A DNA stretch of 64,000 bases from an uncultured Anaerolineales bacterium (GTDB taxonomy: Bacteria; Chloroflexota; Anaerolineae; B4-G1), in NCBI GenBank assembly GCA_964474655.1, contig CAYYTU010000008.1, positions 10,732 to 74,731 on the forward strand. Reading direction: 5' to 3'. The notes below the pieces were generated by a model. That model ran no database searches and was not told the DNA's origin. It worked only from the letters and a program-made list of their open reading frames with translations. Numbering within the stretch: position 1 is the stretch's first letter; each line of letters begins with the position of its first letter. The position numbers and the translations under genes were made by a program. Shown here in pieces: positions 10,146 through 21,247 of this stretch.

Positions 10146-10505
10146 ATGCGTACACCGGCAGGTAAGGAGTGCCCTTATTATTACGAAGATTTCTACCGCG
10201 GGCGTTCCAAGCAAGAATGTCGCTTGATCGCGCGCAATCCACGCTCAGAAGCGTGGGAGCCGAAGCTCTGCTCCCGCTGCCCTGTGCCCGATATCAGACG
10301 CGCCAACGCTTGCCCGCATATGGTGCTGGAGGCCTGCGTCGTGCGCCGTTGGTTCGGGCTGGTCCATCGCGTCGAAGTCTACGCCGTCTGCACCGAGTAC
10401 GAGGTGGAAGTGAAGGATCCGTACATTGGCTGCGGGCACTGTCATCCAGAGGCCTCATCGCTCTTCAACGCTTCCGTCACGGAGGGAAATAACGATGGCG
10501 CTTGA
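10146..10505 (+). CDS. Cysteine-rich small protein of unknown function
   Basis: MRTPAGKECPYYY...; 9 Cys including two CxxC; in operon context between UPF0182 and the HAD gene. Confidence 0.75.
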   Translation: MRTPAGKECPYYYEDFYRGRSKQECRLIARNPRSEAWEPKLCSRCPVPDIRRANACPHMVLEACVVRRWFGLVHRVEVYAVCTEYEVEVKDPYIGCGHCHPEASSLFNASVTEGNNDGA

Positions 10506-11232
10506 AGCCGTTCTCTTCGATCTTGATAACACCTTGCTGGGCAACTCGATGGAGACGTTTGTTCCGGCCTACTTTCGCGCTTTGACCGACTATGTGAGTC
10601 ATCTGGTGCCGCTGGAGCAGCTGCGAGAGGGGCTGGCGCAAGCCACGGCCGCTATGAACGCCAACAGCAGCTATGAGCTCACCAACGAGGATCTGTTCGC
10701 GCAGGTCTTCTATCCGGCCCTGGAATGTGAGCGGGCCACGCTGGAGCCCGTCCTGGAGCGGTTCTACGCCGAGGAGTTCCCCCGGTTGGAATCCCTGACC
10801 CGGCGGCGCCCGTCCGCGCGTCGGCTGGTCGAGTGGGCCTTTCGACGCGGCTTCCAGGTGGTCATCGCCACCAACCCTTTCTTCCCCCGCATCGCTGTTG
10901 AAGAGCGATTGGCCTGGGCTGACGTGCCTGTGAGCACGTTCGATTACGATCTGGTGACCACTTACGAGACGATGCACGCCACCAAGGCCCAGCCGGCCTA
11001 CTATCGGGAGATTGTAGAGCGGCTGTCGCGGGCACCTGACGAATGTTTGATGGTGGGCGATAGCTGGGAATTCGATATTTTGCCGGCGGCCGCGGTGGGG
11101 ATTGATACTTACTGGATTACGGATACTGGCGAGCTGTCGACGGATGGCGGCGAAGCGCCCACGCTGATCGGACGAGGAACGTTGGCCGACCTGTGGGCTC
11201 GTGTGGCGGATGGCGAGCTGAACGAAGCGTGA
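10495..11232 (+). CDS. HAD family hydrolase
   Basis: Motif I FDLDNT, ATN, MVGD. Start moved to ATG 10495, behind GGAGGG. Confidence 0.9.
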   Translation: MALEAVLFDLDNTLLGNSMETFVPAYFRALTDYVSHLVPLEQLREGLAQATAAMNANSSYELTNEDLFAQVFYPALECERATLEPVLERFYAEEFPRLESLTRRRPSARRLVEWAFRRGFQVVIATNPFFPRIAVEERLAWADVPVSTFDYDLVTTYETMHATKAQPAYYREIVERLSRAPDECLMVGDSWEFDILPAAAVGIDTYWITDTGELSTDGGEAPTLIGRGTLADLWARVADGELNEA

Positions 11233-11262
11233 GGATACAGATGATTCGGCCCTGGTTGGTAA

Positions 11263-12447
11263 GTGCAAGGAGCTAACGACGATATGGCAATTGATATGGT
11301 CCCGCAATCCTCGATGGTACGACAACTGCGTCAGGCGCTGTCTGACGTGATGCGCGTGGATGAGTATGAGATTGTCGATCAACCCTCGGCGGCGATCGCC
11401 TTCCGGGGTGAGGTGCTAGAAGACCCGGAGGAAGCTTTCGCGCAGATCGACGATAGGTTTTCCGGCTACGGCTACACCGCCATGCTTCGCGACTGGCACG
11501 ACGGACGCCACGAAGTGCTCGCCGTCCAAGGCGTGTATGAGAATGAGGCGCCCAAGCCGTGGTTGAATTTGGTGCTCTTTATCGCCACGGTCTTCAGCGT
11601 ACTCTACATCGGCGCTGGTTACGCGCTGCAGGACGCCGAGGTGGTCCTGGATATGGAGGGCGTGGAAGCGCTTCTGCTCCCGCTGAGGTACTTGCATTGG
11701 GGGATTCCGTTCGCGGCCACCCTGATGGGCATCCTGTTGGCGCACGAATTGAGCCATTATTTCGTCGCTCGTCGGTATGGTTCCCCAGTCAGTCTGCCCT
11801 ACTTCATCCCGATGCCCAATATTCTGGGCACGATGGGAGCTGTCATCACCCAACAAGCTCCGATGCGAGATCGCAAGGCCTTGTTCGATATTGGCGTCGC
11901 TGGTCCGATCGGGGGATTGGTGGTCGCCGTCCCGCTGCTGGTGTTGGGGTTGTCGTTATCTAGCGTGGGCCCGCCGCCGGGCGTCGACGTCGCGCTGCAG
12001 GAAGGTAATTCGCTGCTCTACGCCGGGTTGAAGTATCTAGTGTTCGGCGAATGGCTCCCCAATGCTAACACGGACGTGTGGCTCCATCCGGTTGCCTTCG
12101 CCGCCTGGGCTGGGTTGTTGGTCACGATGATCAATCTGATTCCGGTGGGGCAGCTGGATGGCGGACACGTCAGCTACGCGCTGCTGGGGCGGAAGGCCTG
12201 GGGGTTTGGCTATGCTTGTATCGCCGCTATGATGGCCTGGGGGGCCTGGCTATCGTTCAACGACAATCAAGCCGGTGGATTCTGGCTATTGTGGGGTGTC
12301 CTCAACTTGTTGATGAACCGGAAGCATCCGCCGCCGCTTAATGACGTCTCACGGCTGGGCTCCAGGCGCATCGCTTTGGGCCTGGTGATGCTGGTGGTCT
12401 TTATCCTCACTTTTATGCCCGAGCCGCTGCAGCAGGTTACTTTTTGA
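11263..12447 (+). CDS. Site-2 protease (M50) intramembrane metalloprotease
   Basis: AHELSH zinc motif, GVAGP, NLIPVGQLDGGH; start codon uncertain. Confidence 0.92.
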   Translation: MQGANDDMAIDMVPQSSMVRQLRQALSDVMRVDEYEIVDQPSAAIAFRGEVLEDPEEAFAQIDDRFSGYGYTAMLRDWHDGRHEVLAVQGVYENEAPKPWLNLVLFIATVFSVLYIGAGYALQDAEVVLDMEGVEALLLPLRYLHWGIPFAATLMGILLAHELSHYFVARRYGSPVSLPYFIPMPNILGTMGAVITQQAPMRDRKALFDIGVAGPIGGLVVAVPLLVLGLSLSSVGPPPGVDVALQEGNSLLYAGLKYLVFGEWLPNANTDVWLHPVAFAAWAGLLVTMINLIPVGQLDGGHVSYALLGRKAWGFGYACIAAMMAWGAWLSFNDNQAGGFWLLWGVLNLLMNRKHPPPLNDVSRLGSRRIALGLVMLVVFILTFMPEPLQQVTF

Positions 12448-12474
12448 GTGGAATCTGAGTGGAGGGAGCGCATC

Positions 12475-12933
12475 ATGATCGACGGCGTCGAGATCAAGGA
12501 GTTGACGACGCACACTGACGAGCGGGGGTTCTTCCGGGAGATCATCCGCGATAGCGATGAGATCTTTGCAGAAGGCTTCGCTCAGTGGAGCCATACAGTC
12601 TCCTATCAAGGAGTGGCCAAGGCCTGGCACATCCACCAGAAGCAGGTCGATTGGTGGTACGTGGCCGTGGGGACTGTCAAAGCGGTGCTTTACGACACCC
12701 GATCCCAATCCCCTACCTGTGGCGAGCTGGAGGAATTGCTGCTGGGAGAGGGGCATCCGCCGGTTGTCTTGAAGATTCCGCCCGGCGTAGCGCACGGCTA
12801 TCGGGTGCTCAGCGGTCCGGCGCACGTCTTTTACATCACCTCTCGCGAATACGACGGCAGTGATGAGGGGCGCATTCCGCACGATGACCCCGACATCGGC
12901 TACGACTGGACGGCCGATCCGGAGATCACCTAG
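12475..12933 (+). CDS. dTDP-4-dehydrorhamnose 3,5-epimerase (RmlC) family cupin
   Basis: DERGFF, AWHIH, YDTRSQSPT, IPPGVAHGY, DPDIGYDW. Confidence 0.85.
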   Translation: MIDGVEIKELTTHTDERGFFREIIRDSDEIFAEGFAQWSHTVSYQGVAKAWHIHQKQVDWWYVAVGTVKAVLYDTRSQSPTCGELEELLLGEGHPPVVLKIPPGVAHGYRVLSGPAHVFYITSREYDGSDEGRIPHDDPDIGYDWTADPEIT

Positions 12934-13805
12934 CTTTTGTTGTTGACCTGTAGTGGGGCGTCGGGGGGATCCTCCCGCTCACCCAGCCGGCGTGACTTCT
13001 GATAGGCCGACCAGATGGCCTTGGAGAGAATGGTGCGCATACCACCTTTCTCCAGCTGGTAGATCGCCTCGGCGCTGGTGCCGCCGGGTGAGGTGACCAT
13101 ATTACGCAGCTCGGCCAAGTGAAGGTCAGATTGCTGGGCGAATTTGGCGGAGCCGAGCACCGTCTGGATCACGAGCGGCCGCGCTTGGCGGCGCGAAAAT
13201 CCCAGGTGGACGGCGGCGTCCACCAGCGCCTCCATCAGCAGGAAGACGTAAGTGGGGCCGGTACCGCTGACGGCGGTGGCCATATCCAGCGCGTTCTCGT
13301 CGGCGACGTACATTTCTTGGCCCATCGACTGGAGGATGGTCGTTGCCTGAGCTCGCTGAGCGTTGGTGACCGCCGGGGAGGCTGTCCAAACGGTCATGCC
13401 TTCGCTGATCTGGGCCGGCGAGTTGGGCATTGTGCGCACAATGGCGTGGTGATTGAGCCGTTCGCGGATCGTGGCTATTGGCGTGCCGGCGACGATGGAG
13501 AACACCAGGGCGTCGGGGTGAACGTGGCCTCGTAGCTCATCCAGCACGTGTGGCATCACCTGGGGCTTGACCGCAAGCACCACTACGTCGGCTTCGCTGG
13601 CAGCTGCGACGTTGTCGGTGGTGGCGCGCACGTCGTAACGGGATTTCATTTCATCGCCTCGTTCGGGCCGCGGCCCGCTGGCGATGATCTGTTCGGGAGC
13701 AACCTTGTGGGCGCCGATCAGGGCCTGGATTATTCCTTCGCCCATCGTCCCACTGCCGATCAAGGCCAGGGTTAAACCATATAGTTCATTTTTGTTAGTC
13801 GTCAT
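12930..13805 (-). CDS. proC: Pyrroline-5-carboxylate reductase
   Basis: IGSGTMG, AVKPQ, RTMPN, ATAVSGTGPTY, VTSPGGTS. Confidence 0.95.
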   Translation of the reverse strand: MTTNKNELYGLTLALIGSGTMGEGIIQALIGAHKVAPEQIIASGPRPERGDEMKSRYDVRATTDNVAAASEADVVVLAVKPQVMPHVLDELRGHVHPDALVFSIVAGTPIATIRERLNHHAIVRTMPNSPAQISEGMTVWTASPAVTNAQRAQATTILQSMGQEMYVADENALDMATAVSGTGPTYVFLLMEALVDAAVHLGFSRRQARPLVIQTVLGSAKFAQQSDLHLAELRNMVTSPGGTSAEAIYQLEKGGMRTILSKAIWSAYQKSRRLGEREDPPDAPLQVNNKS

Positions 13806-13949
13806 AATCTCCTCCTCGGCGGGATTGTAACGTGAGCATGGGGACCGTGCAAGCCTATGCGTGGGCCGATGTGCCGGTCTGACGATGGTTGACCATCTTT
13901 TATTGCTGTGTTATACTGCGCGACGATAATAGGGAGCATAGGGGGCGGG

Positions 13950-14354
13950 ATGGCTAAGCCGAAAGTTCTGTCATCGAAACAATCGGAAGAGCTTGGACAA
14001 ATAGCGGAACAGGGTCGTAAAGGCTTGAGCAGCTTTGTGGGCCAGACGGTCGCTTACGATGCCACAGCGATGCAATATCTGGATGAATGGATCGACCGGC
14101 ATCTGAAGCAGTTCTCGGAGCCGTCGCAGAAGATGCGGCTGTTATGGACGAGCTTCTTGGGAGAGATGTTCCGGCGGCATCACGACGGGCGCTGGGTCAT
14201 GCAAGGGGGTAAGCTGGCCATCGCTTGTCCCACCAGCGACGGGGCCCACATCGTCGAAGTGGGCGATCAAGTTGATCGGCGCATCGAGGAGGGAATGGCC
14301 GAATCTCTATCCTACTTCTACAATATGGAGCGCATCGTGTTGATGATGGAATAG
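13950..14354 (+). CDS. Hypothetical protein (DUF3806-like by recall)
   Basis: 134-aa ORF containing LDEWID...FLGEMFRR...GRW; followed by a strong terminator. Confidence 0.65.
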   Translation: MAKPKVLSSKQSEELGQIAEQGRKGLSSFVGQTVAYDATAMQYLDEWIDRHLKQFSEPSQKMRLLWTSFLGEMFRRHHDGRWVMQGGKLAIACPTSDGAHIVEVGDQVDRRIEEGMAESLSYFYNMERIVLMME

Positions 14355-14386
14355 ATTCCATTCGCGTTAGGGGTCAGACGCAAGAA

Positions 14387-14429
14387 GAGTAGAGGGCCGA
14401 GATTCCAAAGCTCGGCCCTCTACTCGTTT
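14387..14429. terminator. Intrinsic terminator between convergent genes
   Basis: Perfect 15-bp stem GAGTAGAGGGCCGAG/CTCGGCCCTCTACTC with a 9-nt loop, followed by GTTTT. Confidence 0.8.
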
Positions 14430-14530
14430 TGTTCACCAGATCACAGCGCCTCTGGTGGAGAAATTTCTTCTGTCCAGGTTTGTCATCCACGCTCGGAGTG
14501 TTACGGTGGATGCACCGGCGTGTGGGATCG

Positions 14531-15949
<1,419 letters not shown>

Positions 15950-16110
15950 AATATCCTCCTATTTGTTGCCTGCTCCCCACTAGTTGGCCGGTCCAATGAG
16001 GCTGGACGTACCGGCTTTACAAGTTCTGCGATTAAATCCTCCATCCATGTTTAGTTTACTTCAACAAGCCAAAATTGCAAGAGCTGCCCCCCCCTTTCCG
16101 GTACGTAGGC

Positions 16111-16138
16111 TTGACATCAGCGGTCAGGCGTCTAAAAT
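16111..16138 (+). promoter_or_regulatory. sigma70-type promoter of the M20-psuG operon
   Basis: TTGACA-N16-TAAAAT, ending 10 nt before ATG 16149. Confidence 0.6.
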
Positions 16139-16148
16139 ACGGCCTGAT

Positions 16149-17342
16149 ATGGTTAACTTTGTACTAAGCGATCAGAAGCGAGCTGATCTGACAGCTTTTT
16201 TGCGTGATTTGGTGCGCATCCCCAGCCCCTCGACCGAGGAGGCCGCCGTGGCAGATCGCATTGGTGAGGAGATGAATCGCCTGGGCTTCCACGAGGTATG
16301 GGTGGATCGCATCGGCAACGTGGTGGGCAGAATCGGGCCGGGACATGGCCCGATTCTGATGCTTAACGCTCATATGGATACGGTCCGAGTGAGCGACCCC
16401 GAAGCTTGGTCTCATGACCCGTTGGGAGCGGAGCTAGAGGACGGCGTGCTTTATGGCCTGGGCGCGGCCGATATGAAAGCCGGCCTGGCCGCGATGGTCT
16501 ACGGCGCCGATCTTCTGCTTGATGCTGACGTGGATCTGGGCGGCGATCTCGTGGTGGCCTGCGTGGTGCAGGAAGAGCAGTGCGAAGGCCTGGGGACCGG
16601 TGTCTTGATTGAGGAGGAAGGCGTGCGGCCGGATTGGGTCGTGCTGGGAGAGCCGAGCGGCTTGAGCGTCAGCCGGGGCCAGCGTGGGCGGTTGGAGATG
16701 GATCTGGTCGCCCACGGGCAATCGGCGCACGCCGCCAACCCCAGCCTGGGCGAAAACGCCATCTATATCGCCGCCCGGCTCGTCTTTGGGCTGGAGCTGC
16801 TGGCTGGACAGCTGGAGGTGGATGACTTCCTCGGAAAGGGCACGCTGGCCGTGACCGATATCTCCTCCAGTGCCGTCAGCCGCAACGCTGTGCCCGATCG
16901 CTGCACGTTGATTATCGATCGACGGCTGACGTTGGGGGAGAACGAGACGAAGGCTCTGGCAGAAATACAGCGCGTCATAGGGCGTGAAGGCGTGGAGGCA
17001 GACGTGGGGGTGACCGAGTATCAAGCCACCAGCTACACCGGCTACCAGTGTCGCGCTCGTGAGTTCTATCCGGCATGGGTGATGGCGGAGGATCACCCCT
17101 TGGTCAAAGCGATGGTAGAGGCTGCTCATCCTCAATTGGGCTATCGCCCTTCGGTTGGCCGTTGGGGATTTTCCACCGAGGGAGTCTATACGGCCGGTGT
17201 GGCCGGTATTCCCACCGTGGGCTTCGGGCCAGGGGCGGAAGAAGAAGCCCACACCGCCGACGAGCACGTGCGGCTCGATGAGGTCCACGTCGCGGCCGAG
17301 ATCTATGCGAATCTGGCGGCCAATTTACTGGCGGATGAGTGA
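16149..17342 (+). CDS. M20 family hydrolase, YgeY (selenium metabolism-linked)-like
   Basis: DRIGNVVGRIG, NAHMDTV, GAADMKAG, VVQEE, GQRGR, WGFSTEG, AHTADE. Start moved to ATG 16149. Confidence 0.8.
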   Translation: MVNFVLSDQKRADLTAFLRDLVRIPSPSTEEAAVADRIGEEMNRLGFHEVWVDRIGNVVGRIGPGHGPILMLNAHMDTVRVSDPEAWSHDPLGAELEDGVLYGLGAADMKAGLAAMVYGADLLLDADVDLGGDLVVACVVQEEQCEGLGTGVLIEEEGVRPDWVVLGEPSGLSVSRGQRGRLEMDLVAHGQSAHAANPSLGENAIYIAARLVFGLELLAGQLEVDDFLGKGTLAVTDISSSAVSRNAVPDRCTLIIDRRLTLGENETKALAEIQRVIGREGVEADVGVTEYQATSYTGYQCRAREFYPAWVMAEDHPLVKAMVEAAHPQLGYRPSVGRWGFSTEGVYTAGVAGIPTVGFGPGAEEEAHTADEHVRLDEVHVAAEIYANLAANLLADE

Positions 17343-18250
17343 CGATGACGGCTTTAGCAATACAGGTCTCTCCAGCGATCGATTGTGCCCTGAGCGAGGG
17401 CACGCCAGTGGTGGCGCTCGAATCAGCCTTGATTACGCATGGCTTCGCGCCGCCCGCCAACCTTGAGGTCGCCCGGCGTATGGAGGCCGTGATACGGGAG
17501 GAGGGCGCATGCCCGGCCACCATCGCTGTGATAGACGGTCAACCGCGTGTCGGGCTCTTCGGTGATGCGTTGGTGCGCCTGGCTTCTAATCAGGACGTTC
17601 GTAAGGTTAGCCTGCGCGATTTGCCCCTGGTGACCGCCCAGGGAACCAGCGGCGGCACCACCGTCGCGGCCACGATCCATTTGGCCCACCGAGTTGGCAT
17701 CGGCGTCTTTGCCACCGGTGGCATCGGGGGCGTGCATCGTGGTCATCCCGAGGATGTCTCGGCCGATCTGACGGCGCTGGGCGCCATTCCCATCATCGTC
17801 GTCTGCGCCGGGGCCAAGGCGATTCTCGACCTGCCGCGCACGTTGGAGGTTCTGGAGACGCACGGAGTGCCGATCATTGGCTATGGCACTGAGGCGTTTC
17901 CTGCTTTCTACAGCCGACGGTCCGGTCTGGAGGCCGATGTCCAGGTTGAAGGGCCGGCGGATGTGGCACGTATGGCGGTGGCGCGGAGTGGGCTGGGGCT
18001 ATCGGCGGCGCTCCTGGTTTGCGCCCCGGTCCCCAAGAGCGATGAGCTGCCCTCTGTCCAGGTGGAAGCGGCCATTGAGCAGGCGGTGGAGGAGGCGGAG
18101 TCGGCCGGTGTAAGCGGCAAGGCCCTGACGCCGTTCCTTCTGTCGCGTCTGGTTGCGTTGACCGAGGGGCGGGCTCAGCGGGCCAACGAGGCTTTGTTGG
18201 TCAACAATGCCCGTGTCGCAGCACAAATCGCGCAGGCTATGAGTGACTGA
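17339..18250 (+). CDS. psuG: Pseudouridine-5'-phosphate glycosidase
   Basis: VVALESALITHG, GGTTVAAT, FATGGIGGVHRG, DVSADL, CAGAKAILD, TPFLL. Confidence 0.93.
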   Translation: MTMTALAIQVSPAIDCALSEGTPVVALESALITHGFAPPANLEVARRMEAVIREEGACPATIAVIDGQPRVGLFGDALVRLASNQDVRKVSLRDLPLVTAQGTSGGTTVAATIHLAHRVGIGVFATGGIGGVHRGHPEDVSADLTALGAIPIIVVCAGAKAILDLPRTLEVLETHGVPIIGYGTEAFPAFYSRRSGLEADVQVEGPADVARMAVARSGLGLSAALLVCAPVPKSDELPSVQVEAAIEQAVEEAESAGVSGKALTPFLLSRLVALTEGRAQRANEALLVNNARVAAQIAQAMSD

Positions 18251-18276
18251 TTGACCGAGGGCCTAGAGCGATGACC

Positions 18277-18310
18277 AAATCCCCCAGGGCCTAGACCCTG
18301 GGGGATTTTT
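18277..18310. terminator. Bidirectional intrinsic terminator (psuG/lon)
   Basis: AAATCCCCCAGGG-CCTAGA-CCCTGGGGGATTTTT. Confidence 0.85.
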
Positions 18311-18331
18311 AGTGGTGCTTGGCGGGGAACG

Positions 18332-20833
18332 TTATGCCAGCGTCTTGACGGTCTGCTTATTGCGCCCGTTATCGCTTGCCAGCGCCGGTTCTATCGCCAT
18401 CGCTGGGGCGAACGCGAGTTCAAGCACCTCGTCTACGTGATCGACCATCTCAAACCGGAGTTCGTCCCGGATCTCGTCGGGTATCTCCTCCAGATCGACC
18501 TCGTTGGCCTTCGGCAAGATGACGGTCTTGAGGCCGTGTCGATGGGCCGCCAGCACCTTCTGCTTGATCCCTCCGACGCCCAACACGCGCCCCTGGAGCG
18601 TCACCTCTCCGGTCATACCGATCTCCTCCCGCACGGGTTGATCGGTCAGCAGAGAGACGAGCGCGGTCACCAGCGTCACGCCAGCCGATGGCCCGTCCTT
18701 CGGAATCGCTCCGGCCGGCACGTGGAGGTGTACGGTCTTACCTTCCAAGACGTCTTTTTCCAGCCCCAGTCGCTTCAGAGCGCCCTGCACGTAACTGAGC
18801 CCGATACGGGCCGATTCCTTCATCACGTCACCCAGCTGTCCGGTCAGGATAAGCTCATCTTTACCCTCCATCGCTCGCGTCTCGACGAAGAGCACCTTCC
18901 CGCCGGTCGGCGTCCAGGCCAGTCCGGTCGCGACCCCCGGCAGTTCGGGGCGCAGTTCCGCGTCATCCCGATAGCGCGGGTTACCCAGGAACTCGCGTAC
19001 TTTCTCCTCGTCGATGATGGTCTTGCACGTCGGTGCATCCGACGCGCACTTGGCGACCCGGGTTGCGACCTTGCGCAGTGCCCGTCCGATCTCGCGCTCC
19101 AGGTTACGCACGCCTGCCTCTTTAGTGTAGTCGCGGATGATGGTGCGTAAGCCTTGCTTGGTGAATTCGGCTTCATCCGGCTCTAGCCCGTTGACTTTGA
19201 TCTGACGCGGCACCAGATAGCCATTGGCGATCTGAACCTTATCGTACTCGGTGTAGCCGTCGATTTCGATTACTTCCATACGATCCTGCAACGCCGGTGG
19301 CACCGTGCTTAGCGTGTTGGCGGTGGTGATGAAGAAGACGTCGCTCAAGTCGAAGTCGAGATCGAGATAGTGGTCGCGGAAGGTGTCGTTCTGCTGCGGA
19401 TCGAGTACCTCCAGCAATGCACTGGCCGGGTCGCCGCGCCAGTTGGAGCTGACCTTGTCTACCTCGTCGAGCATAAAGACCGGATTGCGGGTGCCCACGC
19501 GCTTGAGCGCCTGAATGATGCGACCTGGCATAGCGCCGATATAGGTCCGACGATGACCGCGGATTTCGGCTTCGTCCCGTAGCCCGCCCAGGCTCATGCG
19601 GGTAAACTCGCGTCCCAGGGCACGCGCGATGGAACGGCCCAGGCTGGTCTTGCCCACCCCCGGCGGCCCCACAAAGCAGAGGATGGCCGACGCGTGCTCA
19701 TCCGATTCGTCCACACCGCGCTCTTGCCGCAGCTTGCGCACGGCCAGGAACTCCAGGATTCGCTCCTTCACCTTCTGCAGGTCGTAGTGATCCTCCTCCA
19801 GTACGGCCTCGGCGTGTGCCAAGTCGAGATTATCTTCAGAAAGCTCGTTCCACGGCAACTCAATCAGCCAGTCCAGGTACGTTTTGATCACGCCTACCTC
19901 GGCTGATTGAGGATGGAGTTGTGAGAGGCGGTCGAGTTCGCGTTCGGCCTCCTGGCGTGCTTCCTGCGGCAGGTCGGCCTCTGCCAACTTCTGGCGGTAG
20001 CTCTCGGCTTCTGAAACTTCCTCGTCTTCGCCCAGCTCTTTCTGGATGGCTTTGAGCTGTTGACGTAGATAATACTCACGCTGGGTCTTCTCCATCTCCG
20101 ATTGGGCTTCCTCACGGATCTCCTGGCCAACCTCAAGCACCTCCAGCTCGTGGCGCATAATGCGCAGCAAGGCGCGCATCTGCGTCGGGACGTCTCGGGC
20201 AGAGAGTACCTCCTGCGCCTGCTCTACGTCTAGCTGGATGTTGGAAGCCAACGCGTAGATCAAGATCGTGGGGTCGTTCACCTGATTCAGCATCTCCACG
20301 GCTTCCTCCGGCACCTGCGGGAAGAAGTTGACCATCTGTCGCGCCATCTTCAGCAGCTCGCGCCGTAAAGCCTCGACCTCGGCGTCGTCGCCCGGCGTTT
20401 CGTGGTAGGGCTCGACTTGGGCTTTCAGGTAAGGCTCTTGGGTCAGCCAGTCGGTGATGCGCACGCGGGCCAGGCCACGGACGATGATCTGGTATTCGAT
20501 TGTGTCGTCATCTTCGACGCGCATCACGCGCTCAATCTGGGCCAGGGTTCCTACCTCGTGGACGCCTTCAGGGCCGGGCTCCTGGACCGTCGGATCGATC
20601 ATCGCCGATAGGACGAGCAGCCGCTTGCCGTTCAATGCCTCTTCTACCAGATCGACCGAGCGAGGGATGCCGATGGCCAGCGGCAGCACCGTATGCGGAA
20701 AGGCGATCACATTGCGCAAAGGTAAGACGGGCACCTCGTTTGGTAGATCGTTCCATTGCTTCTCCATCATTTCGTCATCTGGTCGTCTTGGCCTGTCTTG
20801 ATTATTGGATTGCTTAATTTTGGACAGTTCCAT
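18332..20833 (-). CDS. lon: ATP-dependent Lon protease (endopeptidase La)
   Basis: PVLPLRN, Walker A GPPGVGKTS, DEAEIRGHRRTYIGAMPG, catalytic PKDGPSAG, and GGIKQK. Confidence 0.97.
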   Translation of the reverse strand: MELSKIKQSNNQDRPRRPDDEMMEKQWNDLPNEVPVLPLRNVIAFPHTVLPLAIGIPRSVDLVEEALNGKRLLVLSAMIDPTVQEPGPEGVHEVGTLAQIERVMRVEDDDTIEYQIIVRGLARVRITDWLTQEPYLKAQVEPYHETPGDDAEVEALRRELLKMARQMVNFFPQVPEEAVEMLNQVNDPTILIYALASNIQLDVEQAQEVLSARDVPTQMRALLRIMRHELEVLEVGQEIREEAQSEMEKTQREYYLRQQLKAIQKELGEDEEVSEAESYRQKLAEADLPQEARQEAERELDRLSQLHPQSAEVGVIKTYLDWLIELPWNELSEDNLDLAHAEAVLEEDHYDLQKVKERILEFLAVRKLRQERGVDESDEHASAILCFVGPPGVGKTSLGRSIARALGREFTRMSLGGLRDEAEIRGHRRTYIGAMPGRIIQALKRVGTRNPVFMLDEVDKVSSNWRGDPASALLEVLDPQQNDTFRDHYLDLDFDLSDVFFITTANTLSTVPPALQDRMEVIEIDGYTEYDKVQIANGYLVPRQIKVNGLEPDEAEFTKQGLRTIIRDYTKEAGVRNLEREIGRALRKVATRVAKCASDAPTCKTIIDEEKVREFLGNPRYRDDAELRPELPGVATGLAWTPTGGKVLFVETRAMEGKDELILTGQLGDVMKESARIGLSYVQGALKRLGLEKDVLEGKTVHLHVPAGAIPKDGPSAGVTLVTALVSLLTDQPVREEIGMTGEVTLQGRVLGVGGIKQKVLAAHRHGLKTVILPKANEVDLEEIPDEIRDELRFEMVDHVDEVLELAFAPAMAIEPALASDNGRNKQTVKTLA

Positions 20834-20863
20834 CTTTCACCTCTTAACACTCTAGCACATCCC

Positions 20864-20919
20864 AAAAGAAAAAGCCCCTCAGCCTTGTTCACACGCAAGC
20901 ATTGCGTTCTGGAAGGGGC
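20864..20919 (-). terminator. Terminator-like hairpin plus U-tract in the lon 5' region
   Basis: Minus strand GCCCCTTCCAG...GCTGAGGGGC followed by TTTTTCTTTT, ending 30 nt before the lon ATG. Confidence 0.5.
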
Positions 20920-20974
20920 CTATCGGTGTGACAATCTGTAAATAAACTACCCAGAAATTGCAGCCGTATTAGTA

Positions 20975-21074
20975 AACGAGACTTTGACGGGCCTATCAAA
21001 GGGTGCGATTTTCACCAAGTCGTCATCCTTCGACAGTTTTCGGCTTGAGCTCAGCCGAATGGCTCACGATAACT
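20975..21074 (-). repeat. REP/MITE-like intergenic repeat, copy A
   Basis: Reverse complement matches 30734-30833 at 84 of 100 positions with no gaps (manual alignment). Confidence 0.9.
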
Positions 21075-21247
21075 ACCGAGGGATCAACTCGTTGAATCTC
21101 GTTGTAATATTATGCCCTAAGCGTATAGGAAACGCATTTTCTTTGCATTAGAAAGGGATTAGAATCATAAGCGATTTTTCCCTTCGTCTGGCAAGGTTCT
21201 TGCGTCATTTGAATTTGTCCAGGATGGAAGGCGCTTTTGCCAGTCTG

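Noticed and set aside
20885-20910. Possible ANTAR dual-hairpin in the lon leader (CAATGCT, CAAGGCTG)
   Set aside because: The hexaloops lack proper closing stems, so it does not fit the two-stem A1/G4 model.
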